Part shown: positions 1 to 13,064 of the stretch, piece by piece
Position numbering within the stretch: the stretch's first letter is position 1
Layout of the letters: the number at the start of each line of letters is the position of its first letter
NCBI GenBank assembly: GCA_964016885.1
Contig: OZ024743.1
Location: 230,764,001-230,828,000, forward strand
Source: Eledone cirrhosa
Taxonomy: Eukaryota
DNA: 64,000 nt
Direction: 5' to 3'
The notes under the pieces: generated by a model
What the model was told of the DNA's origin: nothing
The model's database searches: none
Seen by the model: the letters and a program-made list of their open reading frames with translations, nothing else
Made by a program: the position numbers and the translations under genes

Positions 1-470
1 CCGTGACTAACAGATGACCAGCAGAAAACACCTACCCCTAGTACAACACCGCATTATTTCATGTCCTATCACACACAGCCCTACCACATCCACACCACAC
101 ACAGCACCTCCACCTCACCACATACACGCCGACATTTTTATGGCAAGCCAAAACACCACATCCCGCAACTCACATCAACCATCGCTCCCCACTACCACCT
201 CGTAACTCTACCCCCCCACACCTATCACGCATGCCAAAACATTCCTCTTGGTCACTATATGAACGCGAAACGTTACAGACAACTCTATGCTTTATATGTA
301 CATTCTGTCATTATAACAGCAGAGATCCGACGAGCTTTCGTTTCCAGAATTGTGCCAGATTGAGACAGATCGAACCTCGAGCTGATCAACAGCGAAACGT
401 ACGTCACGAATAAATAAACGTAATGAAGACTTAACAAATCGTCCTTGTATTATCATATTAAACTCTGAGT
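1..470 (+). mobile_element. Probable 3' region of a Penelope-like element (non-coding)
   Basis: The motif cctcgagctgatcaacagcgaaac recurs on the minus strand at ~56185-56212 inside a (TA)n-flanked insert. The CA-rich 3' UTR resembles that of the other PLEs here. Confidence 0.35.
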
Positions 471-731
471 CCCAGATGTTATTTAACTGGAAAGTTTGTT
501 CAAACGAACCTCAAGCTGCTACCTGCAGCCTCACATATTCAGGACGTATCGGTGGGTTCTTGCTGTTTCCAGCTAGCATGCCTTTTGAAGTGTTACAAAA
601 AACGGGGCTGGACTAATCTTCTTTAACCATACTTGAAATCACTTTGAGATAGTTACTAGTGCTCCTATGACAATCGGGACGGCCTTTATCTCATGACAGT
701 CCCATATCCTTTTATTATTTTTATTATTCGG

Positions 732-878
732 CCATCCCTAATCAACTTCTTCGAGTTTCACCTAGAAAGGAAGGTGAGGTTGGAGAGAGAATTGCTGCCA
801 GTACATTTGCGAAAAGGTGGATGAATGTGGCGAGAATGGCCCGTGTGAGTGGGCGTACTCTGACCATGCTCCTATAGG
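732..878 (+). mobile_element. Tx1/L1-clade LINE, extreme 3' ORF2 fragment
   Basis: Similar to the C-terminal end of the Tx1 fragment at 50980-51130 (LINFFEFHLERKVRLER vs LINFFRFHMKRKIRVER). Confidence 0.65.
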
Positions 879-1571
879 CTGGCTAATGTGAGGACCAGAT
901 TCGTTCAAATTCGAAAATTCGGCTCCATCTCACACATAAATCAATTTATTTGGTTCAACTTTTATACTACGATAGAATATATCATTGCACATCTTATAGA
1001 TGGTCAAATGCAAAACGATGGCCACTGACGTCGTCTGAGCTTTTAGTTGTGTATTTGAGAATTCATCGGTTTCCAATCAAGTAGCGTGAGGAAATTGGCT
1101 TAGTGTTAAAGGTCATTACCTCCCTCCCCCAGCATGTCCCTTCGTCAGTCACCCGCGTTTCTCAGTGATAGAGGTCATCACCACCCTCCCCCCGTATGGC
1201 CTGTGTGTGGTCATATATGAGTCATCGAGAGGCAGTCGCTAAGATCTACACCTTTTCATCAAAGCAGATATTATTTGACCTACCCAAGCAACGCTGGGTA
1301 CTGCTGCTAGTATATATATATAGAGAGAGAAAGAGATTCGGATGATTTCAACGCCCTGTGTATGTGTGTGCGTATGTGTACGTGTGTGCGTATGTGCATA
1401 TACATACATTACATGCAGGTAATACACACATCTAGGACAACATACAACACACAAGTAGGTAATACACACATCTAGGACCGCATACAACAAAAGGCAGGCG
1501 AAAGGGGTGGACAAACGAGTTACTACCAGGGCAAACAATAAAAATATCGCGGGGAGCAATGGAAAACTTCT

Positions 1572-2005
1572 CTAATAATTTCTGAGGCAAGCCAGCACAC
1601 TCGCAGCGTTACCTCGGGTGAAGGTGAGGCTGAGGTACTGGAACAACCAAGCTTCACCAGCTACTTCTGTCAGGTGAGCCGCCAGTGAAGATAAGAATCT
1701 CGTAGTCAGTAGCCCGACTTCCCCAAACGAATCGAACGCCACAGGCTGGAAAATGTAGTTACCCAACAGATCACGGTATTTTAGAATGTTGTTCTGTTCA
1801 GCTGCGGAAGCTGTGGCTCTCGTCCTTACTGCTGCATACAGGATGTGGGAAGAAGCAAAGAGTCACTAACTGTGATGTCCCAGACTAGGCATCTGCCTCT
1901 TGACCAGGATCACAGGGTAAGACCATCAGGTCATTTCCCATCAATTCTGGACAACGCAGACGGTTTCAAAATTGAGGATATGTTTGCCCGGGCCAAAGCT
2001 CTTCA
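1572..2005 (-). pseudogene. CRE/NeSL-type non-LTR retrotransposon, C-terminal restriction-like endonuclease remnant
   Basis: Minus-strand translation shows PDGLTL..W..GRCLVWDITV, KYRDLLGNYIFQPVAFDSFGEVG and WLFQYLSL..RGNAASVL, typical of CRE-like RLE C-termini. Confidence 0.75.
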
Positions 2006-2071
2006 GTGGTAATAGAATAGTGTGTATGTGCGCGCGCGTGAGTGTGTCGTCATTCTATAAATAGACACGTG

Positions 2072-2153
<82 letters not shown>

Positions 2154-2329
2154 TTGTGTGTCATTTATGTGTATGTGTCACCGTTTTTAAGTTAGAGACA
2201 TATATGTGTGTATCCACTCCCTTCCTTTTAGACACACATAAATTCCCACAAACACACACACATATTTTTGACGGACGGATGGACAGAAATCGGTCAAATT
2301 TATATGCACGTGAATGTAGTTCCACCGAA

Positions 2330-2932
2330 GCAGCTTGCGAAGTTGAAGTATCATGAGTGATGGAAGGGAGGAGGCTGAATTAAGAGCAATAATTGCAAAA
2401 GCTGATGCAGTAATGCGCCAGCTTCATCATTCAGTTAACAGAAGGGAGGTAGGTGTAAAAGCCAAACTCACTGTCTTCCTGCTATTTCTGGCAACTCTTA
2501 CTGAGGGTCGTGAATCTTGAGTAATGACCGAAAGTATACAATTGCAAATACTAACGGCAGAAATGGGGTTCCTCAGAAGGGTCTTTGGAGTAACGTTGCT
2601 CGATAAAGGGCGTAGCTTAGAGATCAGAGAGTCACTCCTGGTAGAGCCGCTACTTCTCCGGATTGAGAGATCACAGCTCCGATACCATGGGCATGTGGTT
2701 AAAATGTCTCAGGAAAGAATCACTGGACATATTATAGCGGCAAACCCAACTAGCAATACACCCAGACGTAGACCCCGAGCAAGATAGTTGGATAACATCC
2801 ATGAGCTGGTTAGGCTTTGGGATCCAGCAGGATCAGTTAGAGATGTTTGCTTCTGACAGACTCGTTGGAAAGAGTGTTTGAGGAGGACTCTGCCCCCCAC
2901 GACTTTCTCAGAAGTAAGTGGGTGAAGAAGAA
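2330..2932 (+). mobile_element. RTE-clade LINE 3' fragment
   Basis: ORF 2524-2787 reads AEMGFLRRVFGVTLLDK..EIRESLLVEPLLLRIERSQLRYHGHV..RPRAR, the typical RTE C-terminus, followed by a gaagaag tail. Confidence 0.85.
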
Positions 2933-3311
2933 TATATTGTTAATTTACTTTTCAATATATATATCATAACTATAAGCATATATATTTGCATATAAAACCA
3001 ATACACACACTACATCTGCTGGCAGAAAACCACCCTTCAGGCTAGTATATATAATGAAGAAATCAGTGTCTTTGAATCTTACATCCTTCATTGTTACTGT
3101 ACATATATATAAATGTTGCTGATCTCCGAAACGCAACCAGGTCAGTATCTTCTGATGTACATGAGGTGCATCTGTAGCAATATCTAACCTCTCCGAGGCT
3201 GAGGTCAGAAGAGCAACTTAAGAAGTCGAATGTGGCAAAGCCTCTAGGAAGGATGAGATTCATCCAGAGATGTTATACAGAGATGTTATACAGAGAAGGT
3301 ATTTTCTAGCT

Positions 3312-3355
<44 letters not shown>

Positions 3356-3394
3356 GATATTAATAAATGGAAACTATATTTATAAAACCATATT

Positions 3395-3459
3395 TATTTC
3401 ATTATATATATTTCAAGGATACCAAGTTACATTATGGTATGCCTTCATCAGACAAAATA
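3395..3459 (-). ncRNA. Type I hammerhead ribozyme (family A)
   Basis: Reverse complement of 3996-4060. Confidence 0.8.
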
Positions 3460-3995
3460 CAATATATAACAGTTTTATAAATAGACATTGACGTACCCCT
3501 TTAAAAAAAGTGACCGTTGTTTTTGGAGGCCATCAGGATAGTGATTTTTTTACTTTAGTAAGTCATAGTGTTAAGAGTAAGTAAAAAGAGAGAAACGTGG
3601 AGAAAAGAAAGGGAGAGATAGATAAAGAAAAAGAAGAAAGCAAAAAGAAAAGAGAACAGAGGAAAAATAACGGGGAGATGTCAAACCATCAGACAGAGAA
3701 CAAAAATCCAGAGAGAGATATATATATAGAGATGGATTTTTTTTCTCTGTCTGATGGTTTGATATCTCCCCGTTATTTTTCCTCTGTTCTCTTTTCTTTT
3801 TGCTTTCTTCTTTTTCTTTATCTGTCTCTCCCTTTCTTTACTCCACTTTTCTCTCTCTCTCTCCATCTTTTTACTTACTCTTAACACTATGACTTACTAA
3901 AGTAAACAAATCACTATCCTGATGGCCTCCAAAAACAACGGTCACTTTTTTTAAAGGGGTACGTCAATGTCTATTTATAAAACTGTTATATATTG

Positions 3996-4060
3996 TATTT
4001 TGTCTGATGAAGGCATACCATAATGTAACTTGGTATCCTTGAAATATATATAATGAAATA
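3996..4060 (+). ncRNA. Type I hammerhead ribozyme (family A)
   Basis: Stem I TATTTTGT/ATGAAATA; core CTGATGA; stem II AGG-c-ATACCA..TGGTAT-CCT; GAAA; palindromic ATATATAT stem III; AUA cleavage triplet. Confidence 0.82.
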
Positions 4061-4191
4061 AATATGGTTTTATAAATATAGTTTCCATTTATTAATATCG
4101 TATATCTACTCCAAATATTTGTCGAGTGCTTTATATCAGTTATAAAAAATATTTGCTTGTTGTATCCCAACAATTTAAATAAAACTTTTGC

Positions 4192-4256
<65 letters not shown>

Positions 4257-6559
4257 AGGAAAGGAAATCGAATATATTTATATATGAAGCATTGTGATGT
4301 CTCCCGGGATAACAGTTACAACGCAAAATAGTTAAAAATATGAAAACTACAATAGAGTAAAACCAGACAAAACAACTGTTTAAACTTTTACGTAATTAAG
4401 GCACCTTTTTGAAAAGAAAGATTGACTGTAGCATTGAAAACGAATGGTTTTGGGAATAGAAATTCCTGTCGAAGGATAACGCACCGGCGATATTTTCGCT
4501 CTCTTCCTTCACTTGCGGTGAATACATACGTGAAATGTTCTATACTTTCATTGTCTTGGCTCCCAAATTATTTTTCAAAATTTGGTGTGCCTACTATATC
4601 GCTGCTTCAATTTTATTTTTTTTTTTATTAATGTTTGCTATTTGATAAGGGGTGTTGTACTAGAGTGTCGAATAAGATTTCACTGTGGTACATCCTAGAG
4701 CCCTTTACTTGTGAATTCAAATCCCGATGAGGTTAATTTCGACTTTAATGACCCCAGGCTCGTTGAAATAACATATTCAAATACTGGAGTTCATTTATTC
4801 AACTTTGCCATTCTCCAAATGTACTAGTTTTGTGCGTAAATTAGATACCGATACTTACTATTATGTTAGCATGTGTCAGGATAAGAATGTGTGCATTCAT
4901 AGATAAACAAAAAGCACAATCAAGTTATTTATGTCTGTAAACAGATACGAAATAATAAAACTGATAATATTAATTCCCCACTGATGACTGATACTCGTTA
5001 AACCAAACCGGGAGGAAATAGTCACGTTCAGTAACAATATATATTAGCTTTACTCACCATCTTGTGTTTTAACAGTGTATAATGTTAAAATACCATCAGT
5101 AGTATATTTACATAAGATTTATATTACTTTCTTTAACCTAACTATACAGCTTCAGGATTTTTTATGATTTATTTATTTTCATTTCATACGGCAGTTGGTG
5201 AAAAATATCATTTTTGATGACAAGTTTTCAACGAGCAAATTTCTAGTTTAATGCAGGATAAATATTTTAGTTACATCGAAGAAAGACATGTCCGACTGAT
5301 TTCTGCTCAAATTTCGTCTACCAAATACCAATTCATAGGACATTCTTCACATTTATGTTAAGGAGAAAAGAATCACTGAAGATACCGACCAGTGGTATCA
5401 AATCCACAATCGATTGATTGCTAAGCTATCTTCTTAACCATCTATTCTTTGTGCTAGCATTTCTTATTAATTTAATGTTGGTCTCGCTTTAGCCGTTGAT
5501 TTGATGATCATGTAGCAGGTAATGTCTTTTTGGGGGAGTAGGATGCTGTTGTTTCGCTGGGTTTTATTTTAAATATTGGTATATGAGATGTTTCTAGATC
5601 AATCCTGCTGCAGTAGTCTCACGAAAAGATGTATTGTGGCTGGCACTTCTACGTATTTTGCTTGTTGTCCACCCAGTATTTCCTTTTTCTTTTAACAAAC
5701 GCCCACGTATGTTTTGTAGAAGAGTCAACATGCAGCTCAAAGAAAGAAAGGAACCGATCTTCAGATCGGGCCATACAAGCTATGTTTCCATTGGACTTTT
5801 CATTGTTTAAAGGATATGGGATCATAACTCAAAATGCACAGAGTTAGATCAGTATCCTTACGCTTTACCAATTACCCAAATCCAGTGACCCTGATCATGT
5901 GCATATTTATCGATGTCGAAAATATGAAAGGCAAAGGTAACCTCCGAGGACATTCGAGTATATGGTCAATATAATGTTTTCGTTCGGTTTTGAATGTATG
6001 TTGTTGTTGGTAGTGGGGTGTAACCACCTTCTTCATACTCAAACACTGCACGAGAAGACAAGATCAAACGTACTATTTTTCTCTCTGCGGGCTACCGAAG
6101 CGTCTATCGTCTACGCCGAATAATGACCTGAATTGAACTGTCTACAAGGTTATGTTTAGTTTTTTGTAGTTGAGGTCCACTTTACGGAGACCACTGAACA
6201 TTTAGTTAGACAAAGTGCCAAAATGTAAAAGTCCAGGAAATCTACACACCAAAGTGTAAAGGACCAAGTAGGCAACCGTTAAAGTCTCGCCCGATCAAAT
6301 ACGTTCTAGCTGCAACCATCATCATTTTTGTTTCGGGTGTCATATATCAAACACTAATCTAGTTAATGTATCTTTCTTTGTCGAATAGGGCTGGGTCGCA
6401 TTCCATGGGTTTTTACATCTGTTTCGAATAGTCCCCTTGGTGACGTTTTATAGAAACACAATATAGTAGTCTACGTTACACATTGGGTACGCAATCGTTC
6501 TTTTTTTGATGAACAGTGTAATTACATTTAAATGATATCACCTTGATCACATTGACCGA

Positions 6560-6872
6560 CCAGTCTGTCGGGCGCCATTTGGCGCCACTGGTAACAGCAC
6601 GTGCTGTTTTAGCCAAATGATGACGCCATCCCACTGGCTCATTTGGCCGGTGCTTATCCCGGCTTCATGGCGTGAAGCGACTGAGAGTACAAGATTCCCC
6701 CTGGACAGGACGCCAGTCCATCGCAGGATTAAACCTCCGCTATTGCTGGTACTCATTTTCAGCTGAGTAAACTGGAGCAACGTGAAATAAAGTGTCTTGC
6801 TCAAGGAAACAACACAAAACAACCTTTCGATTGCAAGCCTACAGCTCTAACCACTAAACCATGCGCCTTCAC
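6560..6872 (-). mobile_element. tRNA-derived SINE with CORE-like and V-like central segments
   Basis: Minus strand: A-box-like ggcgcatggtttagtggttag, then ccttgagcaagacactttatttcacgttgctccagt, then cctgcgatggactggcgtcctgtccagggg. Domain names are from recollection. Confidence 0.7.
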
Positions 6873-7699
6873 TAAATGATATATATATATATATACATAC
6901 ACACAGACGCACACGCACACACACACACACACATACACACATACACACATATATATATATGCACAAACATGTCCGTATTATTAAGTAGTTCGCTCCGTAA
7001 CCATATATTTACCAGCACAGTCCAACTGGATAGCATTTGGGCAGGTAAATTCTACTATTGCCTCAATTTGACGTTTGGTTGACTGAACCTGAAGAAGGCC
7101 TCATGTGTGATTGCATGTGTATCAGTGGGAGATGGTGTCTCTGTCACCGCGATAGTAAGTCACATATGTACACTAAAATTATCCATAATTTGTTTTAATA
7201 TATTTTCAATAACAGGGTTTAAAAAATATTCATAAAATTCTGATTTATTTAAAGCTGCAACACAAGTCACGCATAATCTTTTATACAAAATCACTCAATT
7301 ATTGATAATAAATTCATTTTCCTCCGGCAAGGACGGAAAACAGTCTGGACATGATTTGACCTTATTTTGACCTCATCCGTGATGCAAATACAGGCATCCA
7401 CATACACAGACATCTTATGTGTGAAGATGTGTGTGCGCACATTTATACGCACGCACACAAACATACACAAACACATATCTATGTATGTGCATATTTTTCC
7501 CTGTTTGTGTGTTTTTTGTGGCTGTCTCTGTTGATGCATTATTCATAATATGATTTTAATAACGAAATTGTATATTATGTATGTAAACATGTATGCATAT
7601 ATATATATGCGTAATATTTAGTTACTGCATTTGAGCATTCAATGCTAATATGTGGGTCCGGCTATCGATGTGGCATTCAACATTTTGTATTTCATGATT

Positions 7700-7886
7700 G
7701 TGGATCGCCAGTATCGGTAGGTGTCGGACGCCATGCTTTGACGCATAGATTTATGGCCCTTGCTATTCTGAGTTCAAATCCCACTGAGGTTAACTTTGCC
7801 TTTCAACCTTACGAGGTCGATAAAAGAAAGTACCAGTAATGTACTGGATAATTGCTGGCCTTGTGCCAAAAGTAGAAACAATTATT
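7700..7886 (+). mobile_element. tRNA-derived SINE (abundant family, Nin/Deu-like core)
   Basis: B-box gagttcaaatcc, core gcctttcaaccttacgaggtcgataaa..gtaccag, and aattatt tail. Confidence 0.8.
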
Positions 7887-7952
7887 ATAGCTATTCTTAA
7901 GAAGCAGAATGTTAATAATATATTTATTGCGGCTACAACTCCAATCTATACC

Positions 7953-7957
<5 letters not shown>

Positions 7958-8046
<89 letters not shown>
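7958..8046. repeat. (TA)n microsatellite, representative of dozens of (TA)n, (CA)n and (GA)n tracts in the window
   Basis: Directly visible. Confidence 0.98.
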
Positions 8047-8048
<2 letters not shown>

Positions 8049-8580
8049 GAAATGACAGGAGGCTGGATTTGTGAAAATCCTTGAAAGGTTTATTATACTA
8101 TGATCATATCAATGACCGGGTTCCGTATGAATCCTGTGATATCATCAGGTATTCGAAATATAATACGTGAATGTAATAGATAAAATCCATGGGGCTGAAA
8201 ATCTAGGACCCGAGGGCGACCGCTATTCTGTTCCTTCAACCTCAGCCGGTCGCCCTAGAGTGACGTGGCTAAAGTTTATAGTATGCTACTACCGGTCAGA
8301 TAAACGAAAACAGAAAGGGATGGGAACATAAGTTAACGTCGATCTCATGACACAAGGTAAAAGAAAGGAAGGAGAGAGAAGAAGGGGGAAGAAAGAAGAA
8401 GGGAAGCCAGGGTTAATGTCAGCTAAAAGAAGAAAGGCAACTACTACCGGTCAGATATAGGCAAGCAAGAGGGGGAAGGAAGATAAGTCTGCGGGAGGAA
8501 GACAGGAAGAGGGGAGAAGAGAAGGAAGAGAAGAGAGAAGAGAGAAGTAGAAAAGTAAGGGTTGATGGCTACAAGAAGGA

Positions 8581-8583
<3 letters not shown>
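8047..8583 (-). mobile_element. (TA)n-inserted PLE-like tail with a degenerate HHR and a GC hairpin
   Basis: Minus strand CTGATGA-tatc..atac-GGAAC-CCGG-TC (~8110-8155); hairpin AGGGCGACCG/CGGTCGCCCT (~8213-8257); flanked by (TA)n. Confidence 0.45.
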
Positions 8584-8632
<49 letters not shown>

Positions 8633-8877
8633 TATGAAGAGAGAAGAAACATTTAGATATAATTAGTAATAAAATGTATCATACCTAAACTGCTCCTAAA
8701 TTCCTCGACTACGTAGTTACGTGGCATAAACACCGCCTCCGTGGTATTTTCTTCGTGGTTATAAGAGGCTTAGCTCTGTTTCTCGACCGTTATATCGCGT
8801 GACTATCTCCCCCTCCGCCTTTTGGGATTCTTTCTCACGTCGTGTAGACGCGTTCTTGAGACTAGTAAAATGAGGTA

Positions 8878-8965
8878 TCCTCTTGATAAGTTGGCAGACC
8901 TCGCAAGGACTCTATATCTTTGATATATTGTTTTTGTTTATGCCACGAAACTACGTAGTTGAGGA
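8878..8965 (+). ncRNA. Hammerhead ribozyme, U3-A8 core variant (family B)
   Basis: Stem I TCCTC/GAGGA; core TTGATAA; stem II GT-t-GGCA..TGCC-AC enclosing a long insert; GAAA; palindromic ACTACGTAGT stem III; GUU triplet. Confidence 0.75.
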
Positions 8966-9465
8966 ATTTAGGAGCAGTTTAGGTATGATACATTTTATTA
9001 CTAATTATATCTAAATGTTTCTTCTCTCTTCATAATGTATTTTTAACTCTGATACTGGTTCAGTCTGGTTCAAACTGAATTGGTCTGTCCCAGTCATTCA
9101 TTGAGCAACATCGGTGAAGTTGGCACCCTTAACTCACAGTTGGGTGCGGATGCATTCATGTATATATGTGTGTGTCCGCATGTATCTGTGTGTTTCTAAA
9201 TATATTAACTCCCTCTGGTCGAGCAATCTTTGAAGTGTGGGGACAACTGGAAAGCTTCCATTACTCATACTTCTCGCCTTCTTCACTACCTCTTCTACGG
9301 CCTCGATATGAATACCCCCTCCGCCTCCGTGGTATTTTCTTCGTGGTTATAAGAGGCTTAGCTCTGTTTCTCGACCGTTATATCGCGTGACTATCTCCCC
9401 CTCCGCCTTTTGGGATTCTTTCTCACGTCGTGTAGACGCGTTCTTGAGACTATTAAAATGAGGTA

Positions 9466-9553
9466 TCCTCTTGATAAGTTGGCAGACCTCGCAAGGACTC
9501 TATATCTTTGATATATTGTTTTTGTTTATGCCACGAAACTACGTAGTCGAGGA
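9466..9553 (+). ncRNA. Hammerhead ribozyme, U3-A8 core variant (family B)
   Basis: Same fold as 8878-8965, with a GUC triplet. Confidence 0.78.
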
Positions 9554-9784
9554 ATTTAGGAGCAGTTTAGGTATGATACATTTTATTACTAATTATATCT
9601 AAATGTTTCTTCTCTCTTCATAATGTATTTTTAACTCTGATACTGGTTCAGTCTGGTTCAAACTGAATTGGTCTGTCCCAGTCATTCATTGAGCAACATC
9701 GGTGAAGTTGGCACCCTTAACTCACAGTTGGGTGCGGATGCATTCATGTATATATGTGTGTGTCCGCATGTATCTGTGTGTTTC

Positions 9785-9829
<45 letters not shown>

Positions 9830-10089
9830 AAGTATATATATATATATATACTTTTGAATTGATCCGCATTCCATGGACCTATGATACTGCCGAATAGATT
9901 TACATATTTTAATTAACCCCTTTACTCAGCAAGTGCCACAGCAGCTGAAATAACGATGTCAACGGCAATATTAATAACGTTAATTAAAGGAACTGCTTTT
10001 CCTCTATTCTGCGCCAATGCATTAAACCTTCGTTTCCTGCATTACACTGGTTTCCTGCATCTGGCTTTAGCGTGGACGCAGTACAGTCG

Positions 10090-11390
10090 AATGTTTAGGA
10101 TTTTTGCTTTGGAATAATTTGGTCTCTAGTGAAATCTCTATTTGTTTAATCTAATTCTCACGGTCTTTACTCACTGTTTCCAAGATTCCATCTATTATTG
10201 GTATTACCACCACCTTTTCCCGTTACCTCAACTGCTTAACCTCCCAGGATAACCTGTTTTTTTTCCTCTTTATCGCATACCTTGTTATCAGCTGAACAGG
10301 CTATATCTATTATCCAACACTGTTTGCTTTATTTCTTCTATGCACCTATGTTCAATCTCGTGATCTCACTGTATCACAAAGTCCCACAGGTTCTTCACAT
10401 CATCAATCTCGATAATGCCATCAGGTGTATGTTCGTACTAATTTTCTGCTGTTTCAAGTGCATATTTGCCACAAAGGCCCCAATGGACTACCCTTACTAT
10501 ATTGTCGTTACGTATCTTATATTCTTTCTGAGCTAGTGGTGTACATTGACTTGTAGTATACCGTACAGCTTTTCCGTTCATACCACACATTCTACACCTG
10601 TCACTTTCTGCTGCGTGGTCTACTCTATGCTAGATGTAGTTAGTTCTTAGTGCTCGTTCTTCAGCGGCACAGATTAATAATTATGTTCCGATTTTAGATT
10701 ACTTTGTTTCTCTGTCTGTTCTATCTTCAACATCCCTATATAATTGTCCATACTTTCCTTTTTCTGTTCACCTACTTTCAATTTCACCCATATTCAAATG
10801 CTTGTATTGTTATTCTTCTTTACAATCTTAATTTTTTGTACAACCCTGACCTTCTTACTTTCAGCAACTTCTGTTCAAAGGCTTTCTTCGCACCCCACAA
10901 GTCCTCTCTCTCTCTCCTCTTTTTCGTGGTATATATAATCTTCCTGTGTTTCTCTTTTGGTGAAATACCCCATACCAAGTCAATATCTTTCTTGTTGTTC
11001 GGTCTCAACTGTTTAGCTCATACACTTTCCGCGTGATCATCCCGCTTCATATCGAAGGAGTGATGCCACCCAGGTATTGATAGCTTCCATCTTGTCCGTC
11101 CATTCAGTTTCGACTTGAAAATAAGTCTGAGTCTGCGCATGTATTTTTTCTTTCATTTCATCTTGCCTTATCTTATCAACTAACAATATCCCTAATTACT
11201 TATCACCTTCCTCTTCTCTTTCCTTTATAACCTTTCCTGATGGCAGCACCAACACCCCAATGCTTTTAATTTTGCCGCTGTTCAAGATTAACACAGCACA
11301 CGTTTTTAATCCGAACTTTATTCTTATGTCAGCTCTAAATCTATACACCGTATAAACGAGAGAGCCAAGTGTATTCCTTGGTCTCACAGA
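10090..11390 (-). pseudogene. R4/Dong-clade non-LTR retrotransposon remnant (RT thumb, zinc knuckle, RLE)
   Basis: Fragments include DIRIKFGLKTCAVLIL, YMRRLRLIFKSKLNG, AINTWVA, AAEERALRTNYI, CRMCG and IIDIA. Many frameshifts. Confidence 0.8.
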
Positions 11391-12189
11391 TTTGATCTTC
11401 TGTTATATTATATTTTTTAGTATTTTAATTTTCTTTCCTATTTCATTTAAGATTGAGAAGACGTTTCTTTTATTTTTTATCTTCTTTCGCATATTTGATT
11501 TCGATGTTTGTGTGTGTTTTGCTTTTCTTGCTTGTGTACATCTAATACTTACTCAATGTTTTTAGTAACATTAGCGACTGTTGCATATATTATATTATTT
11601 AGCCGTGGTTTTTATTCGTGTTTATTAAGTCTGTGATGTATAGAATAGCGTTTTTTTTTGTTTTTGTAATTATTTTTTTATTACAAATTTTCATCTTTTC
11701 GATGTGTATTATTTGGTTCATAGAGGGATTTTCTATTGTTTGGGAAATATTGGATTATTTCCAATTTTATCGTATTGTAATCTTGAGTTTCTTTGCCCTA
11801 CATTTTTTCCTTATATTTCGTTTCGTTCGTATTTTTTGTTGTGATGTGCTGAATAGGGTTTTGAGGGCAGTGGTTTGTTGTGTTTTGTTCTTTACTATAT
11901 CTCTTTTAGATATGTTGATTGTGTTTCATGTTTTATATTTTACATATGTATATGATCGTTATTTGTTATTTTAGATGATGTATTTCATGTTCAATATATA
12001 TATTTTTTGTCTTTAATATGCATCTACTTAAATATGAAGTTTGTTTGGGTCGAGGATTGAATCAAATTTAATGAGTGTGTGTTTTTTTTCAATATTAGTG
12101 CGTATGGTTTTGCCGTAAAATATGCTAAGAGAATCAAAGCATATTCCTCATGTGTCCATTTCTGTCATTATGATTGTATTATTTTTATT

Positions 12190-12640
12190 CGGTGGATTAG
12201 CAGTATCGGTAGAGGGTCGGACGCCATGCTTTGCAGCATTGAGTTATGTCCCTTTATGGTCTGAGTTCAAATCCCGCCAAGGTTAACTTTGCCTTTCATC
12301 CTTACGGAGTCGATAAGATAAAGAACCACTGTGGTTTATTTAATCGACTTTCCCCTCCAGTACTGGGGCCGATTTAATCAACTTTCCCCTCCCACCGAAT
12401 TACTGGCCTTGTGCCTATACTATAAATAATTGTTATTATTAGGTAGCACCTGTAGCTTCGCAGCATAGATTTATATCTCTTTACGTTCTCAGTTCAAATC
12501 CCATCGAGGTTAGCTTTGCCTTTCATCCTTACGGGGTCGATAAAATAAAGTACCAGTAATGTACTGGAGTCAATTTAATCAATCCCCCCATCACCCCCAC
12601 ACACAAATTACACGCATTGTGTCTCAGTCAAAAACCATTC
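12190..12640 (+). mobile_element. Two adjacent tRNA-SINE copies (Nin/Deu-like family)
   Basis: gagttcaaatcccgcc..gcctttcatccttacgg.gtcgataa occurs twice. Confidence 0.8.
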
Positions 12641-13064
12641 TTTCTTTGAGAATAGTATTTTAGATTGGAAGGAGTGTTATAGTGTCTGGCAAAATGCTTT
12701 AGTTACGAAGTTCAAACCTCAAAGCCATAACATTTTCATTTCAACTTTCCGTGGAGGATAAAATATAGTAGCAGACACGTGTTGGGGGTCAATAACATCA
12801 GCTTTCCTCCTCCCAACAAATTCTTGCGACTTGCTTGTGCTTAAAGTTGATATTATTTTTCGATAGTTTCATGCGTGATTCTACTACACCACCTGGTAAG
12901 CATTCGTATTTCTGAGATGAATGTAACATTGTATATTTATATTTTTACTGAGAAAGATTTATACACATATAAATGTATCTATATATTCATCTACACACAT
13001 GTACACATGCACACATACATACACGCACAGAAACTAACATGCAAGCTCATTATATGTGTTCTTA

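Larger units (their letters stand above)
3353..4102. mobile_element. Family A HHR element, ~360 bp near-perfect inverted pair
   Basis: 3353-~3710 is the reverse complement of ~3733-4102. The left end abuts (TA)n. Further copies at 40420-40592 and 58818-59000. Confidence 0.85.
8629..9790 (+). mobile_element. Family B retrozyme-like element: ~1.8 tandem copies of a 588 bp ORF-less unit plus a short inverted arm, within (TA)n
   Basis: Tandem period 588 (8733 vs 9321). 8629-8731 is an inverted copy. Near-identical to 61256-62500. Confidence 0.9.

Noticed and set aside
4978-5030. CTGATGA followed by GAAA
   Set aside because: No stems form; it looks like a decayed minus-strand SINE core.
5374-5410. 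CTGAAGA followed by a TACC/GGTA hairpin
   Set aside because: No GAAA or stem III; probably part of a decayed SINE.
8733-9790. CRISPR-like or LTR-retrotransposon interpretation of the direct repeats
   Set aside because: The repeats are contiguous ~590 bp tandem units with no spacers, no TG..CA termini, and no PBS or PPT; the context is eukaryotic.
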